DNA from: Pseudovirgaria hyperparasitica
Lineage: Eukaryota
Strand: one strand, 5' to 3'
NCBI GenBank assembly: GCA_010093815.1
Contig: ML996567.1
Length of the DNA stretch: 64,000 nt
Part shown: one piece after another, positions 40,286-52,047 of the stretch
Position numbering within the stretch: position 1 is the stretch's first letter
How the letters are laid out: the number at the start of each line of letters is the position of its first letter
Translations under genes and position numbers: made by a program
The notes under the pieces: model-generated
Database searches by the model: none
What the model saw: only the letters and a program-made list of their open reading frames with translations
What the model was told of the DNA's origin: nothing

Positions 40286-41319
40286 ATGTCCGCCGCACAA
40301 GCAAGAGCCCGCGCAGGGAAATACACAAAGCCCAAGAGAGGAGGTCTGTCTACACCCCGCCTTCAACGGCTGCCGTACATAGGGACTTGGCTAATGTTTG
40401 CTGCACAGGCGGAAAGAAGTTTAGCCGTGATCTACAGCCACTCAATGCCGATGGAGAGGTTGTAGGCATGTGGGGTGTACGTATATCATATCTTCCTTTC
40501 CTATCATACATCTTCCCAGCACCGTACCCGGCATGATACGCGGCAAGACTACTACAGCCCAGCCCGCTTGAACACATGCTTCGACCTTCCAACCCATACC
40601 ACACATCACCACTGTCCATTGATACACTCGCCGTGCCCTGACCCCAGGTCACATCCCCACCATGCCAACGAATCAAGCTTACTTGTCACATCCAGGTCCG
40701 CGACAAGCCCGAAGAGGATGACTCCTCTGAAGAAGAAGAAACCTCCTCAGAGGACGACGGCCCCTCAGGCCCCTCGACGGCCCCCCCAATCGCCGAGATG
40801 ACACGTGAAGAACGCAAAGCCGCTGCAAAGGCTCGCAAAGAAGCCGCAATCCGTCGCCAAAACGCAAAGCCGGCCGCCCCAGGCGACATGCCAACGGATA
40901 GCGAAGAGTCCTCCGAAGAGGAAGACGACGACATGCCTGCAAACCCAAACCATACTGCCAAGGCACGCAGTCAGGCTGCCGCGCCCAAGACTATCGACGA
41001 GGAGGAAGATGCAGACAAAGGCAAGGGGGGTGGCAAGAAGCCGGTCGGTGAGCTGAGCAGGAAGGAGCGTGAAGCTATGGAAGCGGCAAGGAAGAAAGCG
41101 GCGTATGAGAAGGCCCATCGTGAACTGAAGACAGATGAGGCGCAGGCCGATATGGCGAGGCTGAAGGAGATTCGCGAGAAGCGTGAGGAGGCTGCCGCAA
41201 GGAAAAAAGCTGAGGCGGAAGAGAAGGCGGAGGCGGACAAAGCCAAGAAGGAGCAGCTTGCGAGAATGGCGAGAGATGCAGAGAAGAAGAATGCGAAGCG
41301 TGGTGGAAAGAAGAAATAG
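40286..41319 (+). CDS. PP28 / PDAP1 (HASPP28) family protein, 3 exons
   Basis: KPKRGGGKKFSRDL, DDMPANPNH and LSRKEREAMEA...KTDEAQADMARLKEIREKREEAAARK. Introns 40344-40408 and 40477-40695 join in frame. Confidence 0.85.
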
Positions 41320-41756
41320 AATTCATTACTCTCCTCATGACTGAGAAGATCATGCCATCACATTACTCTCAGCACCAGTAGTTATCACGGCATATGTCGC
41401 GTTTGGTTCGATACAGCATAGACACGGAAAGCATTGACGAATGGATTGTTTCAAATGATCGGAGACCACTCCCATTGACTAAGCTATCTCGTCGGTTCCT
41501 GCAGGTAGATATAGTACTGTCCTGCGCCGTGCTCATTCCCAGTCATCAATATAATACAAATGTGATGATAATGTGTCCGATATCGAGTCGACAGACTATG
41601 AAAGGAGTGCTTTGTCATTCTGTCAAGACCGATCAACGCCAGGAGCCAGAGCTGCCATCTTTGAGAATCCAACTTAATGTCCGTTTTCACCAATATACCG
41701 ACCTCCATTTTATTTCCGTTCCTTCCCGTCGATGCAGTACGAAGAGGTCGAGCCCC

Positions 41757-44700
41757 CTAAATGTACCACATGGAGTACTGCAGACCAGAAGACTGGTTCA
41801 TTGGAATGAGAGGGGGAACCTCAGTCTGAGTTTTGTCGGAAGCTGAGGAAACACCGGGAGGCTTTGCAGTACCGCCAGCCTGTGTCTCCTTCTTTCCCGA
41901 CGAGACAGCTGGGGTATTCTCGTGAGCTCGGGCGCGCTGAGATGCCAGATGGGCATAGTAGACAGCAGGGAAGATGGAGACCGGAGTGGTGGAGCGGGCG
42001 TACTGGAAACTGTGTTCAAAGATGTACTGTTGAAGCTCCGCGGAGTGGACTCCAGCCTCATTGAGGAGCACATGGTAATGAACAGGCCGAGCGGTTCCCT
42101 TAATGGCGGAATGGGCATTGAGGTAGAAATCAAATTCAAATGGATGAGTTACTCCGGTCTCGACCAAAGTACCTGGTTGGGGATTGCCATTCCTGTCTGC
42201 CCGAGTCTCAGGGAAGAATCGAATATGATGACGCTTGGAAGCGACAATAACGGTAACTTTAACGTTCGAGTTTGGTGCAACCTTCTTGAAGACTTGCTTC
42301 ATGTCTCGTACTTCTTGTTCGAGAACATGTGCGTATTGTCCCTCGGATACACCATCGCGGAAATAGAAGACTCGCTGAGGGACTCTTCCACCACCAACGT
42401 TTTGAACCCACCAGTTGAACATGCTATACAGATGCTGGTCGAAATTGGAAGTGGTAATCATCTCAACGCGATGGCCGTTGGTGTTGACCTGAGCTGCGTA
42501 ACGAGTGCATTGAAGGTTCAATGATACCGTGAGCGCTGCATAAGAACCGCCTTGAGAACCCGGAGCAGGATGAGAGACATCAGCACCAATACACATTGTA
42601 GGCTGGCCCCAATTCTTCTGGGCGTTCCTCTTCGCCGCGTCGATGTTGGACGGCACGGCCAACGATGTAGCACCTCCGAGCTTGGCGTTGACCTTCATGA
42701 GGACGTTGGAGATGTACTGAGGTTTATTCTGCTGGACATGGGAAGCCTGCATTACTTGCGAGGGGATTCCATAGCGGCATTCACAAGACTTCTTGATGCG
42801 GTTATAAGTGTCCGCATTTCGGTCGGGGACGATAAAGATCAAGATCTGCGGCTTGACTTGGAACCTGTTGCCGGTAGTATTCCAGATGGTCGTGATCATC
42901 TCACCGCCTTGAGCGAGGTTCCCGAGTTCAATTGGTGGTTGTTTGCTTCCAGGGTCAATTCTTCCGCCGTGCTTCTCGTAGATCCTAATGAAGTTTGACA
43001 TGAATTGTTGGACGGACGTTTTATCAACACCACCACGACCCTGAACGACACAGATACCCCATGACTTGAGAATATTCACGTTTGAGTAAAGGAATTTCAG
43101 ATCGTCGATGCGCCACCTGCCTTTGGCACACTCCCCACTTCCCACCTTGCCAGACCCAGCGAATTTGAGGTCTGGTGCAGGAAGGACACGAGCCTTGATC
43201 CGAGTGGCGTCCGGGTTAATCTTTACGTTGAACTTTATCAAGTACGGGTCGAGATTCCACTTGAGCATATTGACACCATCCTGGATAGCATCCCAACGTT
43301 GCCTTGGAAGGGTAACAGCGAACTTGATCATGTTAGAAGTCTGCTTCTCATCAAGCTTGAAGGCATAACGTTGGTTCGGAGGGATCGACAACACATCGAG
43401 AGGCAGATAGACATCTTTCTTCGTGGTCTTGATGAGCGGAAGACCGGTGGTCAGTGTGATGTTGTATTTCCTCTTGAAATATTGGGCATACGTGACCCAT
43501 TCGCGTTTGATAATATCTCCAGCATCGTTGCGTTCAGTCATCTCAAATTTCTTCTCCTGCGCACTCTGAGCAATAAATTTGTCGATGGTGAACAGCTCTG
43601 AAGGTCCTCCACGATGGTTGGTAACGACACTGACACGACTGTAACGCTTCAGCTCACGCTTGAGGCGAGACCTGTCCCAGCTATTTTTCTCGTGCGCAAA
43701 GTTCGCTTGAAGTTCAGAAGTATTGCGGTACTTCATGACCTGCAAGATAGACATCTCTAGCTTCATTGCTGTCCAGAATGTCCCGTTGGCAACGTCAACA
43801 TTGACTGCAAGCTTCATTGGCTCAGGACGGTTGACAACACGCATAGAAGAGTAGACACCCTTGAATGCCTCAACGCCATTCCCAAGCTGAATTCGACCTG
43901 GAGCATTGCTGGACGGGGGAAAGAAGGACCGCTTGATTTTGGTGTACAACTGGGAGGGATATTCTCTCATTAGGTGGTCTAAAAAGTTGATTGCCTCAAG
44001 GCAGTCGCTGTCGAAAGCCACAGCACCTTTGCCATTCATATAATGCTCAAGTGTATCAAACTTCAGGGTTTTAGTCTTTTTGATAAAGACATTGTGCTTG
44101 TTGCTTCGGCCACCGGGCCTTACCGTGCGGCCCTGTTCAGCGTCAAGGTCAACAGTGATAGTGAGCATCTCGGCGTGGAGGTCGAGGGACCTTGAAAATA
44201 CAAGTTAATATCATTTTAGCATAGAGAAGAATGGCACAAATCCACATACCAAGCAAGCTTATTACCATCGAAGAGCCATCCAGCAAGCCTATGCTGGATG
44301 GTCTTGGAAGCCCAGACCTTCTTGACGAGGCCGCGTTTCTCATCGCCTTTGTTCACGACGATCTGCACGTGCGCGTCAGTATCGATCAAAGCAACATAAG
44401 TAAGTTGACCTACATCATATTGATAGACAGCTTTCGCGGGCATATTTGCAACGCCGAAGCTGTTCAGCTTGACAACACACTCATACCCGTTGCTGTTTAG
44501 AACGGGTGGACGTGCAGGTAAAGATCCTGGAGCTTTGAACTGTTCGACATTGTTAATTCTGATATCAAGGTTGCGGAAGGTGTGTTGAGCGCGGGCGGCC
44601 ATGACTTCAACGCTGGGTAGATAACGTGTAGACAGAGAAAGGATGAAATAAGGGTGGTTTGAAGTGTGATAGGAAAGAAGCAATAAATGCAAGCGATAAA

Positions 44701-45387
44701 ATAGTGTCTGATAATCCAAGATTGTGTTGAGATGATAGAGGGAGCGAAAAGAGAAGGAAATGTGAGGACAGTTGGCTATCTATATGAATATTGACAATGC
44801 CGGGTTGAACTCTGCAGAGAAGTCTGATACCTGACAGTTTGCTCATGAGAGCGGTGAATTGGTGAAGGGCGCAATATATTTTGCACACATATTGGCGGGT
44901 ACGAGATTGAATGCCGGGTAGGATATACTCTCGTACGAGGTAGATATGCTGTCTGAAAAGCCACGCGCTCCATTCCAAAGGCAGATACATACGGTGAAGA
45001 ATTGATGCGAAGAGAAAGATGTATTGGAGACGGGTGATGAAAAGCATTTGGAGGAATAAAAGGTGTAGAACAAACATCTTGAAACTGTGTAATGATGCAG
45101 AATGGACAAGAAAATGGACTTACCCCTCGAGCCAAAGCCCAACCTGCCATGCCAATGGCTTCGGATATGTTACGAACATCGACCGAGGTCGGCGCAGACC
45201 GACCAGCAGGTGTTGGTTCCTTCGGCGGACCATCGAAGCGTGGTGGCGAATTTGGAGAAGGGCGTTGGGCACCAGCAGAAGAAGGAGAATCCTGCTGTCC
45301 GGCGGTGGTGTTGCTCTGTCGAGTGCCTCTGGTCGAACCACCAGCACCGGCTTCCTTGGCCGCACGTCTCTTGGATGCACCAGCCAT
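41757..45387 (-). CDS. Argonaute (ArgoN-L1-PAZ-MID-PIWI), fungal Ago1-type
   Basis: LAVNVDVANGTFW, YFKRKYNI, QYISNVLMKVNAKLGG, IGADVSH (D), RVEMI (E), FRDGVSEGQ (D), KRHHIRFF, GTARPVHY, YYAHLA (H), MWYI end. Exon 1 spans 45387-45124. Confidence 0.95.
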
Positions 45388-45693
45388 TATTGCTAATGGA
45401 TGATGATGACTATCACCGATGGATCAGCCAGGTGCACACGACACAGATACTGAAGTTTGCGAGCACGGGAGGGCATATGATCTCTGCTGTGCTATAGGAT
45501 CTGAGGGCTGTACTGACCTTTTGTGGTTTCAGTGGTATGAACGCGGCGCAAAGGAGTCTGAGAAAGCGAAGTGATTGTTATGCTGTAGTATTGTCAGGCT
45601 TTGTTCAATTGTTGGGCACCGTTCCCCAAGGAGAATGATGATAGAGGAGTCTAGACCCATGGTTGACGAATGACAATGGTGATGAGTGATTGT

Positions 45694-45717
45694 GATGATG
45701 ATGATGATGATGATGAT
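45694..45717. repeat. (GAT)8 microsatellite upstream of Argonaute
   Basis: Read directly from the sequence. Confidence 0.85.
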
Positions 45718-47030
45718 CATTGTGCAAGCCAAGACTTGACATGAAAGGGGACGGAATGGGTTTTTCGAACGCTTGAAATCACAATCTCGCCATGTGAATA
45801 CATGAAGTGCTTGTGATGAAAGCTTACGTGAAGAGAGAGAGAATACATAAGACCTTTTCCGCACTTCAAGGCGTGAAAAGACTCCCCTCTGGCTGAAAAT
45901 ATGACTTATGACAGAAAGACAGGATCGACCTACCAAGTACGAACGTAGAAAAAACGGTAAAGATTCTTGCTTTCAGATCTCTAGTGTCAGCTCTGAGAGA
46001 TTTGGTGAAGTAGTGAGTCAATTGTACGGTGTTGATGCTTTTGATCAGGCGAAGATCTCTGAGAATCGAGTGGCGTCGCAATGATGTGACTTTTCAAGGG
46101 AATGTGCTTGTAGTAGAGTGGCGGTGATGAGAGAGTTGGTGGAAGGATGAGCGTCGTAACCTTAAGAAGAAGGCCAAGAAAGAGATGGTCGAAGTAGAGT
46201 GAGGTGTAGAGAGGAGAGTGGAGACGAGTAAACAGAAGGATGGTAATAGACTCACAGAAATTGCGCACAGACCACTGATGCTGGGCAACGAGGCAAGGGC
46301 GGACGTGAACAACGTGGTTTAGGCTGCCACTGCCCATATGATGTGCTCAGCGACAAAGCTGATTTTGTGAGGTGAGTTTGAGACGTGACTATTGCAACAA
46401 GAATGCCATAGAAACTGGACGATGTCATTTTTGACTAGACTCCTATTGTCTAGGAAATGGAAATTTAGCTGGCGGCACGATGGCGAGAGCCGAGCAATAG
46501 TAAAGTGAGAAAAAGCCCACAGGAACTTGACAGTAGGGAACCCGAATCTGACAGAAAGGATGCATACGGGAACTTCATCTTGACCTCAATGTTCCTGGCG
46601 TGCTCTCCCTCGCATCTCTTCAGATCATTTATACTTACATTGTGCGGTCACGAAAGAGTCAGACAGCAATAGTACCCCTGCTGAGTAACATCCACCGCCC
46701 TTCAATCACATCAGTCCTTTGGCATACTCACTATTGTCTTCTAGGAAGGAACTGATAGAGAGTTCATATGTTTTCTCTCTATGTATCGCCTACAGTGAGA
46801 TGTGAAGGAATGTTTCAGACGCCAGATAATGCCACTCATGAAATATTCATGGTATGAGACGTTTACTCCCATTCCCAAACCCTATTACCAAGTGGTGTGC
46901 CAACTCCCGTATACGATATAACACAGTTTGCGGAGATGGGCCCAATTGTGTTTAATGTACAATCTCGGCAGTAAGTAGATTATATTTTGTAAGCACGAGC
47001 ATATGATACATGCGCGGAACATGTGAGGCC

Positions 47031-50000
47031 TTAGCGTGTGTAGTGGTAGACTGTGCTCACCATCAGTCGTTGCCTCAAAACGGTAGAAAGGATGACCTCA
47101 AAGCATAAGATGATACATACCTGGAGGTTGAACATACGATGGAGGAGCTCCGTATGGGAACTGAGGAGCCTGTGATTGTGTAGGTCGTATGTGTTGCATG
47201 GCTGACATACTAGGGTGCTGAGTGTTAGCTCGGTTGAGGTCGACATTACCAAGTAGCTCCACCATCTTGCGTGGGTCTAGGACTACTGCCTTGTAATAAT
47301 GAGCAGCTGGTATAATGCTCAGAAGGAAATTGATTTCCTTAGGCAGAGGCGCCGGGCCCGGAGGCTGTGTCATAGCCATGTTAATGTTTCCATCACTCCT
47401 CTGTTGGTTACGCCTCTGAGCGTCCAGACGACGACCGGCAGCACCTTTGAGAGGTGACTCCCCACGAATGAACTTAGCAGGACGCTCAGTGTCAGAGTCG
47501 TCTCCCACGAACGGTCGTTTTGGTGAGTTGGTGATGACCTGAGGTTGTACAGCGAGCGCCGCAGGTGGCATTTGAGGAGATCGAACAGAAGGAGGTGCCG
47601 GTGCGGAGATAGCAGGCATAACTGAAGATAGAGCTTTCGGACGTACTTGCGTTCCGGGAGAGATAATATGGCGTATAGTTGTTGGGTCGAACTCGTGTTC
47701 TGTATACCGGTGAGCGAAGCTGGCGAGTCTTGGGTCTTCGGGGAAAAGTGTGGCCATGCGTTTCTCTAACTGCACGATTTGGCTGAGTTCGCCGTACTGT
47801 GATTCGTATTCATGGAAGAATGCGAAAAGAGACTTGGCCTTGTGTACATTTTCCGGTTTGGCTGTCATCCTAGAGACTGTGGTTTCAAAGACTGCTCGGG
47901 CGTCTGTAGTTCATGTCAGTGGCCGCCGTGTTTAAGATTTGTCTCCACCTACTTGTGATGTCTCTGGTGTTGATTAAATGCTTCAGATACTCCAAATTAA
48001 ATAGCTCATCATCTGGGAAAAGCTTCTGTGCCCTTTCGAAGAGCTTGGTGGCTACTGGGTCTTTATAGTGATACTCCATCAGAGCGCTGGTGATCCATAT
48101 CTCAGCTGTCCATTGACCTCGCGCTCGGGCATCGATAAAGACAGCTCGGAAGCCACCAGGCTTGTCAGAGGTCTTCTTGCCCGTTCCTTTGCCTTGCACA
48201 CGACGCATTGCCCTCATCAATGCAATCCAGCTGTATGATATTGTTCGTTTGATTACCTTCAATTGAGCGTCACTGCCCCGCTTGATAGCATCTATCTGCA
48301 CCTGTTGGGCAGTCTTCCAGGCCTCGTGGGCTTTCTTCTGTTCAGCAACATCGTCATCGTCATCGCCATCATCATCTTCGATGGAAATTTCAGGCTCTTC
48401 TGCTCGGAACCGCTCTTTAACGGTCTCAATAAGCTGTTGCTGTCGTTTCTTGGCTTTGTCGATGAGCTCATAAAGAGCGTCTAACAATTTATCGTAAGGT
48501 GCTCTGATAAGCGAGCCACGTTTGATCTTTGCCTCGTCAGTCTCTTCAGGGAGCGTTGTGAGCTCGACCCGGTCTGCTTTCTTGAAGGCCAGAAGACAGT
48601 TCTCGGGGTTGGCTGTTATGCCGTCGTCCAGAAATTTGTTCCCTTCCGCTTCCATATCATTTTGAAAGCACCACTCAGCAGCATCGAACCACATATCAGG
48701 CCAGAATCGAAGAGGCATGACAGACTGTCTGTAAGCGTACAGCACCCTAGCCTTATATGCGTCCAAGTCTTCGTCTTTGAGCACCAGAGGATCTTCCTTC
48801 TCCCACCTGATCCAATTGCTCCATATCTCAATCTGCCTCGTGTATTCCTCCTCGCCATCGAATCCTTTCATCGGAGGTAGGCGAGGTGTCGTGTTGCGCA
48901 GTAGATCTCGGGTGATGTTATCAAGCTGCACGTACGAGCTCCTAGCTGTTACAAAAGCAGGTGAACGTTCTTGTAGAAACTTGCGACCCTTGTATGCATT
49001 AGCTCTATTGCCACTGGTTATAACAGATGGCAGAACTTACTGTGACCCTGTTAAGAGTCGTTTCGAATGTATCGTATTGTTTCCAGATATCGTGGAGCTT
49101 TTCCGTTGGTATACATACAGCACGCTGATATATCTTCCTGAGAGAGTCCATCTTCTGCTGATCCTGCCACGTAGTGCCACCAACGGTTCCAGGTGCGCTT
49201 TTGAGAAACTCAATGTAATCTTGCCACATCTTGCCCGAGTCTTTGTCAATACCCACCTTCCCCAGCGCGTACTCGTAAGCAGAGGTGATGACTTGTCGGG
49301 CTTGGCCTGAAGAATCCGACATAAGATTGTTACGACGACGAACGTAGTCAAGGTACATGGACCACATTTCGACGTTCCAAAGCCTTTCGAGAGATATGCT
49401 GAAGATCTGTTCCAGGCGCGAGAGCTCCTCTTCCTGCAATTCCATGTGAGCATAAATAAGCCATTGTTCGACCTGCGGGTTTGTCAGTCAATATTTTCCC
49501 ACCAACGTCAAGCAACGCACCGCCTGTGGAAACTTTTCGAAGAATCGTGTGTAGATTGCTCGTGCATCATCAAGCTTGTTGCGTTTACGATATTCCGCAA
49601 TCAAGCTTAAATATGCGTCGATGTCGCCTCGTGGGTCTTCCTTAATCCTATCCTCAAGTATACCGATGCGGTCTTGCGGTAAGCGGCCCTTGGGAAAAGA
49701 GCTTGGAATGAGTGCAGCTGTATCGGCAGAAGCTGTAGTGGTAGTAGATGGATCGGGAGGTGCAGCAGTTGAGTAGACTTTAGCGGGAGCACTGGTTTCA
49801 GCAGGAACAGAGGTAGAGTGAGGGACAGTGTCAGTAACGCCAATAGAAAGAGCACCAGATACATCCTGATCTTGCGCGTTTTGTAAAGGTACATCTGGTT
49901 GGGAAAGAGTATTGATAGGAGTTTGAGGAACAGAATGTAGCGCCGTTTCTGGTGCCGCTTCTAGATTGCCCATGCCCTTGTCTCCAACACTTTGTCCCTT

Positions 50001-50357
50001 TGATAAAGATACTGGTGTCTCATCCTCATCTTCGTCATCATCGTCAACAACGAAACCACCAACTGTCCGTGGCTGCTTCGAAAAAGCAGGCGACTCGGAA
50101 GGAGCAGGCGCATGCATGTCTGCAGAGGCGATGGCAGGCGTGGCAGGGCTTTGAGGCATGGAGCCAGACATAGACGTACGATTCGATCCGCTCTCGTCCT
50201 CATCATGCGAGTGCTCATTACTTGCAATGAGGCGCGCAGGGTCGTAGTCTTCATCTCCTTCGTTATCAACCGTCTGTTCGTTGTCACCGTTAACATATGC
50301 GGGTGTCCCATCCTGCATCGATTGCAGGAAGGCAAGTTCGGCATCTGCGTCAGTCAT
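47031..50357 (-). CDS. RNA14: mRNA 3'-end processing factor Rna14 (CstF-77, HAT repeats), multi-exon
   Basis: RLPQDRIGILEDRIKEDPRGD, WSMYLDYVRRRN, WIRWEKEDPL, WIALMRAMRRVQG, FFHEYESQYGEL, RGESPLKGAAGRRL. Confidence 0.93.
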
Positions 50358-50892
50358 CGTGAGGTCTTATTAAGCTGAATATAAAGAGATTTGGGACGAT
50401 GAGTGGCCACGTAGTGGTAGGCAACCTAGAGAGTCGCTAGACAGCGGTTTGGGCGCAAACCAGGCGCGCAGGCCCAAGATGGCGGTGCAAGAGGACCACT
50501 TTCGGCAGTAGATAACAACTTTGCAGTAATTGTCGTGATAGAGTGTGTAGATGACGATGGTAGCGGACAGTTCGGTCGACGTGAGAGTCTGCGGTGAGCT
50601 GTTTGAGAATGGAAAGTTTGTCCTTGAGCGTACCTATTGTTAGAAAGCTAGCGCGAATCAATTCGCGCCAAGACCGATTGATGCATACAGCTTCGGCACC
50701 AACGTCACTTGTCAGGACATACACTCATGGTAAGTGAACAACGTCACAATGAAATAAAACACCCTTATACCGTAGTAACACCTTGGTCACGCGCTGAGAG
50801 TCAATCAAAACGCCAGCATATTCAAAGGAAATTCTTGTATCCCCTAGAAGACCGACATACACATCCATCTCCTCACACGATTCTATCCCGAC

Positions 50893-51827
50893 ATGAACCC
50901 TCACATATCACTCCCACGTCATGGTGAACCTTCAAACTTCGGTGGTGCTCCTCCCAGCAATCAGAGCGAAGGCTTCCGCATGCCTAGATTCTTCAAGCGC
51001 CTGTTCAAGTTTCCGCAGATGGACTTCGAGATGGCCATTTGGGAGATGACTAGCTTGATCATAGCACCAAAGAAGGTTTTCAGGTCAATATACTACCATG
51101 TGAGACTGCATAGTGTAAATGTTGAAGCGTTGTTCTGACCAAGTCTTGCTAGAAACAAACCAAAAATACATGGCACCGGCCAGATCCATCCTTCACGTAC
51201 CTTTTGTCTTTCTTCCTCCTCCTCACGTCGTTCGCATGGGGACTCGCATACGCACGTGGTATCACGAACATAGTAGCTATCACCATAATATTCATCGCGA
51301 TTCACTTCCTGCTCGTGTCTGTCCTTGTGGCTGCTGCGTTATACGTTCTCGTAGGCAAGTTTCTAGGCCCAGGTGTGCCCGGTCTGCCTGGAAAGAGAAG
51401 ACAGGGGCTCTTCATGCGCCCTGGCGAAGGAGAACAGCTCGAGTATGGGTACTGCTGGGATGTATCCATCAGGGCATTCGTACCGGTGTGGGTATTCCTG
51501 TATGTGGTGCAGTTCGTCCTTATGCCGGTAATTGCAAAGGAATTCTGGTTATCGAAGCTTGTTGGGAATTCATTGTATCTGATCGCGTTCGCTTATTACT
51601 TCGTTATCTTATTTTTGGGATTCAACGGTGAGTTATGGACCGCTGAGGAAGATGGAAGTGTGGTTAACGTATTAACAGCTCTGCCCTTCCTCCACCACAC
51701 AGAACTACTCCTTGGACCAGTGCCTGTCATCGCAACTATATGGCTGATCAGTCTCTTCACGACAAACCTACCGAAACACTTCGCGCCAGTGTTATGGGCA
51801 GGAGCAGGATTGCGGAAGGACGTATAG
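50893..51827 (+). CDS. GMH1: UNC-50/Gmh1 Golgi membrane protein, 3 exons
   Basis: FKRLFKFPQMDFEMAIWEM...PKKVFRSIYYH|KQTKNTWHRPDPSF, LEYGYCWDVSIRAF, ALPFLHHTE. Confidence 0.92.
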
Positions 51828-52047
51828 ACATGAACTGTTGACTATTGATAAAAGTTCTGTGGCTCTGTGCTTATATGGAGTATATCAGCTCTTTCGCATG
51901 ATCTTTGTCTAATATACTGTACATGAAGTGGGGAAAGTAACATCAATCTTCTGAGGCCGCACATGTGGTGTGATACAATGAGCTAGACAGGGCACGCCAC
52001 GCAATGCTTATATGTACCTACAATCATGTGACCATCCAAACATAGGC

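Noticed and set aside
45400..45453. Possible box C/D snoRNA (ATGATGA...CTGA) on the + strand
   Set aside because: Too short (~54 nt), no terminal stem, box C is part of a GAT repeat, and it lies antisense to the Argonaute leader.
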